Below are positions 52,601-64,000 of a DNA stretch of 64,000 bases, one piece after another (position 1 is the stretch's first letter; each line of letters begins with the position of its first letter). Made by a program: the position numbers and the translations under genes. The DNA lies in NCBI GenBank assembly GCA_050273025.1, contig CP158635.1, positions 8,618,001 through 8,682,000 on the forward strand, given 5' to 3'. The notes under the pieces were generated by a model. The model was not told the origin of the DNA and did no database searches. It saw only the letters and a list, made by a program, of their open reading frames with translations. This DNA is from Cenococcum geophilum (taxonomy: Eukaryota).

Positions 52601-55600
52601 GAAGTCTAATGCGTCTGTTTCTATAACCGTTTCTAGTCTTAGTTAATAGATCTTAAGAACTAGTTCCTAGGTAAATAACCTTTTAACTTCTTAAAATAGT
52701 TCTTATTACTCTTTTCCCCATATCTATAGCTCTTCTTTCTTTATTAATTTTATAAACGGCTTAATATCCTTTAACTATTAAGCTATAAACCTTCTGCAGT
52801 AATTGTAAAACCCTAGGAATAACCTTAACTGTGTTATATTCTTTAGTTCTTGCTAATTTACTATAGCCTTAATCTTCTTTAGATCTATATTAAGTTAGCC
52901 TAGTTTAATAATAAATCTAATAAAATCTATCTTTCTTGTAAAGAACTTATATTTCTCGATTGCTACTAGTATCTGTTCTTGTTATAGTCTCTCTAAGACC
53001 TATTTAATGTATTCCCTATATTCTCCCTTATTTATTAAGTAGATAATAATGTTATTAAGGTATACTATAACAAATTTATCTAAGTATTCTCTTAATATAT
53101 TGTTAATACGCTTCTAGAATGTTACTGATGCGTTTATAAGCCTAAATTATATAACTAATGGCTTATATAGTCCTTCCTTTGACCTAAAAGCTGCCTTCTA
53201 TTTATTACCTTCCTTAATTCTGATCTAATAATACGCCTATCTTAGGTCTATCTTTATAAAGATTTACGCATTGCTAATCCTGTCTTAGATTTCGCTATTT
53301 AAGGGTAAAGGATACCTATTCTTTTTGGTGATGCTGTTTAACTATCTATAGTTAATGTATAGTCTAAGTTTTCTATTTTTCTTTAGTATGAATAGTACTG
53401 GATATCTTGCTAATAACTATAATAGTCTAATATATCCCTTTTATAAGTTTTCCTAGATAAACTCTTTTAACGCTCTACCCTCTTCTTTAGTAAGCTTATA
53501 GATTGGAAAGAACCTTAGACTTATTCCTTCTTCTAATTCTATCTTATAGTCCTATACTACGTGCTCTAATAGCTTTTTACTTTCTAGTAACTATAACTTT
53601 TTACTATATTTGTAGTATTTTTTTGGTATATAACTTAATCCTTAATTGGTCTCTTTATATATCGCTCTAACCTAGTACTATACTATCTTGGTTTGTTATT
53701 ATATCTTACGTTATTATATATTTTTAATATCGACCTAACCTATAACCTAATTAATCTTTAGGTTGTATTCCTGTAACTAAAGCATTCCTAATACTGCCTT
53801 ATTATTCCCTAATGGTAATATGTTGAAAGACATCTCAATCTATCTCCTTTTAATGGTTATCTAAACTAGTCCTATTTTAAGATTAATTATGCCTCCTCTA
53901 TAGGCTATTAGATCTCCTAAAATTATTACTAATAGGTAAGGGTGCTCCTTTTGTCTGTGTAGTAGCCCCATCCGTTTTACTGCTATTAGTAAGATATAGT
54001 TCCTTACTGCTCTACTATCTACTAGTGCTTTAAACTATTGATTTTACTAATTAACTTATAAATTTAGGTGTTGTCCTTAAATTCTTTTAAGGGTTTAAGG
54101 TTCTACTACTGGTTCCCTCTAGTTTTATAGGCCTCTACTTTTTTTAACTGTTAGCTGCTTAATCCTGTCTGTACTTGGTCTAACTTAGGCTAATACTTAA
54201 TTTGCTTCTTTTCTTTAATATGCTATAGATAGGTATTTTCTAGATATTCCTACTATTGTTATCCCTCTAGGCATTCCTCCGTAAGGAATCTTTCTGGTTA
54301 AAGTGTTAAGTCTCCTAACTTTTAAACTTCTACTAAATGCTAGCCGTGTATGTACTTGGTATTTTTATACTATTACTTATCTAGCGCCTAATATATCCTT
54401 ATAGGGTATTTTTGATTCTTTTCTTTTGGGTTTTTATATATTTTATATATATTATTTACGTATATAATCTATAATAGCGTATAGTATGCTAGGTTCTTTA
54501 GGTTAACTCTTAACTTATCTTTATTCTTAAGCTTAAACCTCTATTGTGTTAATCTAATTATTGTAACTTTATTTATAGGTACTAAGATACGCCTCTCGCT
54601 TCTTTAGTTCTCTAATTATTCCTCTAAATCTTTTAATGTTATAATTAAGGCTCCCTTGATATAATTTATTGCTTTTTCCGTAATTAGGTGGTTTTGGATA
54701 ACTCTTTCGTCTAACTATATATAGAAATCTTCCTACTTATTATTGTGCCTTTGCCTATACTACTTTTGGTATAGCTGCTGGAGTATATACAGCTTATCCG
54801 TAAGGAAGTATCTTCTTATTACTACATTATAACAGCCTTTTGTGTGTTATTCTTTAAATATAGTTAGAATCCCTAGATCCTCTTTATTTTCTAATTTAGT
54901 AAGCTACTTAGCTCTTAGTATGCCTGCTCTTAACCTATTAGTAATTCTTTATATGGGTGCTCTGCCCCTTATACAACCTAGTATGCTAAATCTTATATCT
55001 AGTTTCCTTTCTTGCTATATAGTAATTCTTGCTCTAAATTCTGTTATAGTTTCTTTTACCTTTCGCCTTACAAGTAGATCCTTAAAGTTATCTTACTTCT
55101 TAATCTTGGTATTAATCTCTTAATCTTTAGTCTAAACATCTTATTTAACTGGTAAGTCCTTTAGGTTTATATATTTGTCTCCTAATCTAACTGCTGTTTA
55201 TATTATAGATTCTCTAATCTATAGCGAAGCCGCTTACTTCTTACTTATAGGTGTCCTTATTTGTACTCTAAATTCTTAACCTTTTAGATTCTTTAATCCT
55301 AAGCTTACTTCTTTCTTAAGCTGTGCTCCAGCCTTAGTCCAACTAGGCTTTACTAGTATTCTCGTCTTATCTTAAGAGTTTTAAATTTCACTTATCTCGT
55401 CTTAAGAATCTTGGTTATCTCTTATCTTATCTTAAGAATCTTAAGCCTTTGGCCTTTTGCCTTTATTAAGTGGTAAGCTAGCACTAGCAGTTATCTGCTT
55501 ACTTAATCGTCTTTAGATATTACTCCTTCTATCTTATAAAGCGATAGATGCCGTATCTAATAGTGTTATAATACCTGTTACTAAACCTTACTCTATAGCG

Positions 55601-56831
55601 GTCTTAGTCTCTACTTCTATTACGTTATTAAGATTTGGATACCCCTAGTTGGTTCCTTTACTATCCTTATCGCTATTAATCAATAAGTACTCCGACTCTA
55701 TTATTATTGTGGCTAATCTTTGTCTATATATTACTATAATATCTTAATCTAGCTTATAGAGTTAATCTTATTCTTTATCTAACTCTTTAGTTCCTTTAAG
55801 TCCCTTTAACTCTAGCTCTTATAGCTAATAGCTTACACTATACTTAGTATCTTTATAAATTTGGTATGCGTTATTATAACAAAACGTAAAACTTTTAATT
55901 AAACACTCTTTTGTTCCTTGTAGTATACTATTATCCCTCCGTACGTACGTGTTATATACTATTAGTCTAGTTCCCTTTACTGCGTAGTAACTCTAACCAC
56001 TTTTATAGTCTCTAGCGAAATAACCCTATTTCCTATAATTTATATAAGCTCCGTTTTTAAACTATTACTTTTATTATAGAGTCCGCTTAAATATCTTCTA
56101 CTACTAAGATCCTTGGTTTAGCCTATACTCCCTAGTCCTATAATTACTTAATTCTTAACCTTTAGGTTTTTATGGTTTCTTACTCCATCTTTTATAGGTT
56201 TCTTTAGTACCGCTTAGGTCTATTGGCTTTACGCTATACTATAGTTTTTAACTTAGCTTTAGTTATTGCGTGCTTTGCGTCTTATATAACTATAGAACTT
56301 TATCCTAACCCTTTTTAGCCTGTTCCCTTTAGTAGATCCTATTATTAATCTTAATTACTTAATTAATTAAATCCCTAAGGGTGTCCGTATCTTCTATTAG
56401 AATAATTATATTCTAGACTTTAGCCTTAAGTCCCTATTTATACTATACCATAAGCGCCTTATTATTCCACTTAACTTATATAGCTAGCGTTTAGAACTAT
56501 ATTATATACTTAATTGCTAAGGTTTGCTGCGTAATGTCTTAGAGTTTTTTTTCCGCTATAGTTGTTACCTCTAAATCTCCGAATATTTATGTAAGTCGCT
56601 TTGTGAATCCGCCCTAACTTAAGAATATAAACCGTACTTCCTGGTTTATAGTTATTATTCTATTTTTTTATATCTCTATAAGGTAAGACTTAAACCATTT
56701 AAGTGCCTTTCCTAATAAGAATAATTCTATATACGCTACTTGATCTATAGGTATTAGTAGCTTAGCTCCTTCTTATAAAACCTTAAAGTGTATTTATGTA
56801 AGGAATCCTTTAAACTTTAATCTCTCTCCTA
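49629..56831 (-). mobile_element. Chromodomain-bearing Ty3/Gypsy retrotransposon (most of gag, pol, 3' LTR 49629-50048), RIP-inactivated
   Basis: Minus strand: gag KFKGFLTQM..LFL.GKALEW, CCHC (~56000-56050), protease ALVDSGA (~54010-54030), RT FV.VYLDDIIIY (~53040-53075), RNase H ETDASDFALG, integrase, chromodomain YKVKW.GY..TTWEP.ENL (~50815-50875), polypurine tract GGAAGGAGATAG before the LTR. Confidence 0.93.
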
Positions 56832-57206
56832 TTTCGTATCGTCTTAACCCTCGAAGGAGCATCCTCTGTCATCGCATCCAAGCGCTCGTAGCCCTGCAAT
56901 CGAGGTTCAGAGGGTTGCTGATGTATTCTGCATTCGAGAAGTTCCACATTGGAGAAGAAATCACGAATATGGACTAGAATGACTTTAGGATGGTTTTTTA
57001 TGCTTCATTGACCGGCACGCTTGCCAATCAATCAACGAGTTTTCAATATTGAATTGAATTGAATGCCAAGACTCAATCAATTCAACCAACTGAGAGCTCA
57101 CTGGCTTGGCAACGCATTCAATCCGGAGGTCCTAATTGAATTGAGTTGATTGAAAATATTGAAGCTTTTGATATTATATGGAAAATACCAAAGTTCACAT
57201 GCAGTA

Positions 57207-57601
57207 GAAGTTGAGGCCACCTCATGCACGGTCCCACCCTCGTGCACGGCACCAAAATATACCTTTTTAAAATACCTATAACTTAATAACCATAATAGCT
57301 ATTTATATAAAATTTTAAATATAGCTTATTAAATAGCAAACAACCCTTTTTATAAGATAAAAATCCCAAAAATCTTTAAATATAAAATTTTATTAATTTT
57401 AAATAAATCTCATTTATAATGTACTGTTAACTTTAAATTTTTTAAAATTTGTTTTATAAAAAGGTTTATTTACTATTAGATAGACTATATTAAAAATTAT
57501 ATATAAATAGCTATTGTAGTTATTAAGTTATAGGTATTTTAAAAAGGTATATTTTGGTGCCGTGCACGAGGGTGGACCGTGCATGAGGTGGCCTCAACTT
57601 C
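57207..57601. mobile_element. 395-bp near-fully palindromic MITE nested in the hAT
   Basis: GAAGTTGAGGCCACCTCATGCACGGTCC(C)ACCCTCGTGCACGGCACCAAAATATACC... mirrored at the right end; TA on both flanks (57205-57206, 57602-57603). Confidence 0.9.
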
Positions 57602-57729
57602 TAATGCCCTAAACCTTATTTTTCTTAGTGTTCCTCAATAAAAAAAGTTTATCCGAGTATCACCCATTATTTACACCGTTATATCGCCGCTAAATTTTTA
57701 GTAGGTAAGCAAAGTTTTACTACTAGATT

Positions 57730-58044
57730 CGCCTATTATTATATTGGCAAGCCAGGCTGAAAGGAACTCAATACCAACGACTTGCTCGCATGGCTCTCGA
57801 TTTACTGACGATTCCGCCAATGTCGTCAGACCCCGAACGCATATTTAGCCTCACGGGCTTACTCCTTACTGCCAATCGCGCACGACTACGACCTGATATA
57901 ATTGGAGCTTTAATGGCGGTAGGATCGTGGGATAAGGAAGGCATAATTGATATGGTAGATGGGAAGTTGAAGCGCCCGCAGAAGGAAGGAACAGGACATA
58001 CACGGCAGGAAGGTGACTCAACACCATGCCAAGACTCGCGATAG
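57730..58044 (+). pseudogene. hAT transposase C-terminal dimerisation-domain fragment
   Basis: YWQ....TQYQRLARMALDLLTIPPMSSDPERIFSLTGLLLTANRARLRPDIIGALM matches the hAT motif L...A...L.IP..S...ER.FS. Confidence 0.85.
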
Positions 58045-59899
58045 GCTTGTATTAAGGGCAGGGGCGAAAGGAATAACGGTAGAAAACGATCTATGCGTTG
58101 GTAGGTAGGTCCTCCTACATCAACACCATGCCAAGACTCGTGATAATTACTGACTACTGTACTAGTTGAATTTAATTGCAACCGTTGCAATATTGATTCA
58201 ATCAATTCAATCAACTGAGCCCTCTGCTTACAAAGCTTTCAATTCAATCAATTCGAGGCGTCAATTGAATTGAATTGATTGATTGGCAAGCCTGATTGAC
58301 CGCGCTACTCCTCTGCATCAAGGCCTGCCTTCTTGCTCTATGCAGTTGACAGCAATATTCCTATCATCGCACCATTTAGCGCCGCCGTCCCCATCAGGGA
58401 GAGCTGTCAGACGTTATCGGCAGGGGGAACAACAAAGCTAGTGAATCTTCTGACTGACGATTACCGTGCAGTAGAGATATTTCTGCTGTCGAAGGACCGC
58501 GAGGTAACAGATATCATGATTATTTCGTTTGAAGACGATGGGTTTCGCCGGGACTGGAAAAATCTAGTCATTTACTATTACCTATGGATGTACCGATGAA
58601 GCCGTCGAGGTAACCTTCAAAGGGCTGAAAGTTGGATGCATACCTCTATGGGTAAAAGTTGGAGCGATTCTACCCTCTGGTGATTTTTGCGGCATGGTCA
58701 TTTTTAATAACCGATATACGAAATATAGCTAAGAACTCAGCCTAGGCATATGTAGGCAATGCGATCATCAGCAGGTCCGAAAGCTACTTGAATAGACGCA
58801 CTGGTCACCAGAGCACCCTGCTAGGCGTGTTACAAATCAATAAACTAGGCGCCTTTCAGCAGCTCTCCCACTACATTGCGACCCGCGGCATCTGTAAGGT
58901 CTTTTCTACTTGTCATTGATATCGAAAAGTTGCTAATAAAAAACCAACGTAAGCACGATCTAGCTAAATATAGCCATTTGGCTGAAGTTTGGAGTCTTTA
59001 AAACAATGATGCAAGCCTTGAAGGTATTTAGGGCTCGGTACTTCTTGGAGGCATCGTATCTCTTGCTTATTACTCTACTATAATGTCTACGTCCAATAGT
59101 CAACCCGTGCAGCGTACCGGTCTGCAAGTCATTGGAGTACAACCACAATTTACTCTTAAACCCTACAATGGATTTAAGCTTATTGTATCCAGGGAGGCCT
59201 GCCAGGAACTTCGGCGAGTTCTCTCCAAGACGGGCTCCAGATCCTAGGCTTCGCACCATGCTATCACACAATCACAGATCTGATCCCTCGAGCACAAACG
59301 CAGGGGCTCATGTGGCTCAAGGCCATGCAAACAGAGGACGAAGCGGTCCGGCAGAAAATCCTCGCTGAGATAGTGCAAGGCTATTCCGCAACCGTCGACG
59401 GACCGGGCTGTTTCTCTGTCATTAAAATTAAGTATTAACTGATGCTTCTTTTTGAAAGTGGTCCTCGGCCTGCGCATCTCACCCCAAGCCTGGCTCGACT
59501 CGGTCAATGGCTCGATTGCGAAAGTCTTCGGTAAAGGGCCCATGTACTACATCACGTACTATGTGCCAGAAATGCACTTTTGGGTTTCTAGTAAACAACC
59601 TATGGGACTAGCAGACCAAAGCAAAGTATGGCGTCGGCGTCCGCAGCACAGAGTACTATGTCTACCATAATGACCACGTGAGGAAGGTCGTGCCAAACAG
59701 GGTTGCACATAATCGACGTAACCATAATCGGCCTATAGATTTTGATTATTATAAAATCGCCCCATCTGATTCTGATTGATTATATTAATTATATTAGTTA
59801 TGTACTAATTTCCTAATTAGGATTAGATTGGTTAAGGCTTGAGATGGCCTATAAAGGGATACTATATACTACACTAGAACGCAAAGTACTACTACTACT

Positions 59900-60760
59900 A
59901 CTACTACTACTATATAGAGAGCATTTATAGTATAAGGCCACCTAGTAGAGAAGGAGATATACTAAACACTAGAACGTATATAAAGAGCGAGGGCCCCCTA
60001 AAGAGGTATTACGCCTAAGCTTATAAGCTAAGAAGCCCTCTACCTATAAGTAGTAGAGAAAGAAAGAAAAATATAGGAGCTATTATAATACTAAGCGGAG
60101 ACCTAGTGCTACGCTAGTAGAGTATTACTATGGTAATAGAAGATAGGGGGCTACTAGCATAAATAGAGATCTACTATATATATCGCAAGATAGGTAAATA
60201 TTAAGTAGAAATAAGGCTAAAAGAAGACGGTAAAAGCGTAGAGAGTAACTACGTAAAGCACCTTATAGTTAATATTAACTCTCCTCTTATATAAAGGACA
60301 GACAAACGTAGAATTTATAGCCGCCTTCTTATTATAGATAGAGGTCCTAGGACTATATATATAGCTAATAAATATCTATATCCTAAATGCTATACTATAC
60401 TATATATACAGATAGCTTATATAGTTAGTACGTTATATAATACTCTTCTGCAACTACTATATAGTAAAAGACTAGCTATATACTAGGGCGGGTATAAATT
60501 ATATTACCTAAATGCTTTTTATAAGTAGGGGCCTATATATAGTAGTACAATAACTTGGTTAAGAAGTCTTTTAGTAATTCTAAATAGCCTATAAGATCTA
60601 ATAGGAAGATATAGGAGGATACGCCCTCTTCTAGCCCCTTAGGGACTAGATACCCCCGCCGAGCTAAAAGTAGTATATAGGCGAATTACTAAACCCTCTT
60701 ACTACCCCCTAGACCTTCTAAGATACCTTAGAAGTATAGTATAAAAGGTAAAGTAGATAG
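59900..60760 (+). mobile_element. 5'-truncated Tad1-like LINE 3' fragment
   Basis: Homologous to 9250-10130 and 46420-47270. Confidence 0.8.
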
Positions 60761-60902
60761 GTTATAATAAGACTACTTATAGTGCCAAGACATTAGCATG
60801 TGCATATACGAATTCTTACTAAAACTAATACGACTTCAAATAATTTCATAACGCTGTAGTAATTAAATGCAGCCAAATCAGTATAAGATTATTTAATTAT
60901 AG

Positions 60903-61983
60903 TTAACACTTCGTCTGTTAGCCACGTGCTTTTTTTACTGCCTCTAGCCTTTAGTCTATACTGTTAATTAATCGTTATATAAGGCCTTAATTAATAGCCA
61001 ACCACGCCTCTTTATATGCCTTAATTAAACGCTCTAAATCCTCCTTACTTTATCTTATCTATTTAAGCTTTAGATAAAGCTTAAGGATTTTCTTTTTTAG
61101 TGCTAGCTAAAGGTGCTAGATTAGGTTAAGATTAGGCGAGTATAGGGGGAAATCTAGCGTTTAACTACTATACGTTTCTAACCACTTCTTTATAAGATTT
61201 AATATATAGATTAAAGCGTTATCTATTTAATAGATATCTAAAGGCTTATAAACTACTATAAGACCTTCTTCTAAGGCCTAAATATAGCTTTAGGCGCTAT
61301 ATCCTTCCTTTTACGCTAAAACGTCTCTTTCTATAGTAATTAACTCTAAATAGCTATTATACTAAAAAGCGGCGTAGATTATCTGTATAAGATCCTTTTT
61401 ATTAAACACCTCTATAATAAAGTCGTAATTTTACTTTTATAGAGATATTTAGAAGACTTAGATAGACTTCTTTCCTAAGCCTTATTTATATAAGCATTTA
61501 TTAAACAACTTAATATACCTCTAAGGAAATCCCTTATACTTTTAAGCCTAAAGATACCTTAATTAAGCTACCGCTGGCGTTAGCTTTAGTCTCTTTTTAG
61601 CGAGCCACTTTATAATATAGTGTTTATTAAATAGACGTTATAAAGTTTTATACTTAATGGTAGCCCCTATAGCCTAATACTTAAGAGCTGTATAGTTGAT
61701 TTAAGGGTTCCTGTATATAATTTAAAGAAGTAGACACTTCTATTATTAAGTAAGCTTTTTAGGCTGTTTGAGTCTTAGTAGAGATTTAAGCGTGTAGTGG
61801 TTATTCTATCGATTAATTATATTATAAATAACGCGACTACTGACGCGATACCTCGCCGCGATTTTATTTAGTCTTCTCCTCCCCTACCTCTACTGCACTA
61901 AGGATTCCAGCTCTTTGTGCATCTGAAAGCTCTACCCTAGGCCTTCGATTTCTACTAATTTCCGTTCTAAACGAGCGTTGCAT
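60903..61983 (-). mobile_element. Tc1/mariner transposase relic
   Basis: ATG at 61983; HTH-like ELSDAQRAGI..; SDEC (~61490-61505); DNA.IH (~61205-61225); FPPYSPDLN.I.HL (~61110-61152); C-terminal LIDSM..RLEAVKKARG. Confidence 0.85.
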
Positions 61984-62034
61984 TGTAATGTGGTAAATAA
62001 TTAAATTTGGTGACAATATTGCGATCGTGGCTCC

Positions 62035-62286
62035 CTCTTCGGCGCCGATAAAAGCGGCGGAATAACGGCACGGGCCACAAACACCAGATTTTCGGCCACA
62101 CCTTGATTTCTATATACAATTAAACGCTCAATTCATGCTCAATACTGTGTTATCTGCCCATTTGCACGCCGGCAATCTTGGGAGTGTTTTGGTGCGCGTA
62201 TTGTTGTTTGTTGTGATTGTTTAGGGGGGTGTTTTGGTGTTTGTGGCCCGTGCCGTTATTCCGCCGCTTTTATCGGCGCCGAAGAG
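62035..62286. mobile_element. 252-bp un-RIPped MITE with ~52-bp perfect TIR
   Basis: CTCTTCGGCGCCGATAAAAGCGGCGGAATAACGGCACGGGCCACAAACACCA and its exact inverse; GCTCC at 62030-62034 and 62287-62291. Confidence 0.88.
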
Positions 62287-62826
62287 GCTCCATCGGTGAC
62301 CTCGCTTAGCTCTCGCCAACCCCCATCGGCGACCACGTTCAACTTTTTCCGGACCACGCTTTAGCTGCGACGCGTTTTAGGAGTGGCGGTGATATAACGG
62401 TGTTGGGGCACGTCACCTGCCGCATTCTAAGATCGCTTACTACTAGCGCCTTGGCGCCCCCTATATATTAGCCCCTAACGGCCTTCTTCTTTCGTTCTTC
62501 TTCTTCTTAGCTTAATATCTTTATATAGTAGTAATCTACAAGCTTCGCCACAGAGGCACCCATATGAGCCTGTTACAGCTACCTACCGAGCCTTCTCCTC
62601 CTACTTAGCCGCGATTAATCTAGAATTAAATAAATATAAAAGGCAGGAATAAATAAAAGATAGTGTTTAAAATTAGCTTTATAGAAGCCTTAAATTAGGC
62701 AGTAGTAGGAGTAGTAGTAGGAGGTAGAATACTAGAAGGATATAAATATTAAATGGAATATAATTAATAATCTAAAAAGGAAGTAAGTAAGGAAGAAGGA
62801 CTCTACTACTACCTTTAGTACGACTA

Positions 62827-63131
62827 TCCCATGCGCCGTTACGAAAGGTGCTCCTTTTCCTGAGCCAACCAGAGGCTCTAGATTTAATTAAGTCTTGGCA
62901 AAATAAAGTTGTAGATTTAATTAATTAATTATAACCCAATATTATAGTAATAAAACTTAAATTTAATATATAATTCGACTCTAGGTTAAACAAGGTCTAC
63001 ATCATTGGAAGAACGTTTGCAGCCCATTGTGGTGGTTTAATCACGATAAGAAGCTATAGAGAGACGCGTGTTGATGTTTTGGTGTTCGCGCACGGGCCAC
63101 AATAAAAGGAGCACCTTGACGGCGCATGGGA
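62827..63131. mobile_element. ~305-bp MITE with TA flanks
   Basis: TCCCATGCGCCGT..AAGGTGCTCCTTTT versus AAAAGGAGCACCTT.ACGGCGCATGGGA; TA at 62825-62826 and 63132-63133. Confidence 0.75.
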
Positions 63132-63419
63132 TAGATAATAGTAAAGCCTCTACTAAGGTCTCTATATCGGCAAAATATTGTCCCCTATTAATGGCCTTAA
63201 TAGTTAGTAGTTAACGCAATTAGCGCGCAGTTAAGGGCATTTAGCAACTCGATTGACTAACTTATATCGTGGTTTTTTTTTTTAATATTCTAATACGCAG
63301 CCTACGCGCAGCCTGCGCGCAGTCTGCGCAATTAACGATTTCGTTAATTTACCTTTTACTTATAAAAATATTAAAGTCTTTTAAGTCCTATATAATATAG
63401 TATTATAATATATATATAT

Positions 63420-63820
63420 TCTATAAGTAGGGGCCTATATAGAGTAGGATAATGGCTTATAAATTAAGGAGTTCTTTAGTAGTTCTAGATAGTATATAAG
63501 ATCTAATAGGAGGATATAAGAGGATACGCCCCTTTTAGCCCCTTAGGAACTAAATACCCCCGCTAAGCTAAAGGCGGTATATAAATTACTAGACCCTTTT
63601 ACTACCCCTAGACCTTCTAAAATATCTTAAAAGTATAGTATAAAAGGTAGATAGACTTTAAAGGAAAATAGACTAGGCGAAGGTAGAGCGCGTAAGACTA
63701 GCTAAAAGGTTATACCTAGGTTTTTTCTATATTAGAGATTTTTCTTATAAATAGAAGGTAAACGTCTATATAGACCTAGAAAAGGAACTAAATCGGGCAA
63801 TAAATAGAATAAATAATAAT
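63420..63820 (+). mobile_element. Short LINE 3'-terminal fragment
   Basis: Homologous to 9884-10300; ends gcaataaatagaataaataataat. Confidence 0.8.
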
Positions 63821-64000
63821 TATAACGTATATATAATTGTATAATTATAGCACCTATTGTACCAACCGCGTGCTTACGCATTCGGTACACTAGGTACGCG
63901 TTTACGCGTTTAGTGCACCAACCACTCGCTTACGCGTCTGGTGCACTTATAAAGCACTAACTAATTAGGGGGGAGGTGCATTAGTATATAGACTACGTAG

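Larger units (their letters stand above)
57016..58294 (+). mobile_element. Non-autonomous hAT element (1.28 kb)
   Basis: TIR CA(C/G)GCTTGCCAATCAATCAA; ATTGACCG at 57007-57014 and 58295-58302 (8-bp TSD, one extra G on the left); many TCAATTCAA/TTGAATTGA subterminal repeats. Confidence 0.88.

Noticed and set aside
58333..59670. Short ORFs in the second non-RIPped stretch
   Set aside because: No family similarity or consistent exon chain that I can support; a decayed gene cannot be excluded.
59698..59870. Possible hAT-like left end (CAGGGTTGCACATAATCG with GATTAT repeats)
   Set aside because: No matching right end or TSD found in the window.
1..64000. Telomere or centromere assignment
   Set aside because: No TTAGGG arrays; AT-rich RIPped TE clusters alone do not identify a centromere.

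Overview
Filamentous-ascomycete genomic DNA dominated by transposon relics inactivated by repeat-induced point mutation (RIP: TpA-rich, CpA/TpG-poor, stops where Gln/Trp codons are expected). Non-RIPped sequence is limited to about 15.7-20.0 kb, 56.8-59.7 kb and a few short MITE-type patches. Only two host genes are supportable, both in the first island: a 3-exon membrane-anchored GH16 beta-1,3(4)-glucanase-like gene whose catalytic motif reads EIGVVE instead of EIDxxE, and a 2-exon CYSTM-like Pro/Gln/Tyr-rich protein ending in CaaX-like CFVM. The rest is nested piggyBac, Tad1-like LINE, Copia, chromodomain Ty3/Gypsy, Tc1/mariner and hAT relics plus several MITEs. Three highlights. (1) A ~13 kb foldback-type element (about 31.0-44.4 kb): kilobase arms built from a 12-bp AGCT minisatellite enclose two convergent intron-rich genes, one a Mutator-like DDE transposase and one unidentified. 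(2) A ~41 kb inversion (15688-56831) that split one Gypsy element inside gag; LTRs, target-site duplication (TSD), host repeat and reading frame all re-join. (3) Two TSD-flanked chimeric retro-insertions in which the same 5' module is fused to LINE 3' ends of different length. Protein readings of RIPped regions are manual 'de-RIP' interpretations; relic boundaries are approximate unless a TSD or terminal inverted repeat (TIR) is quoted.
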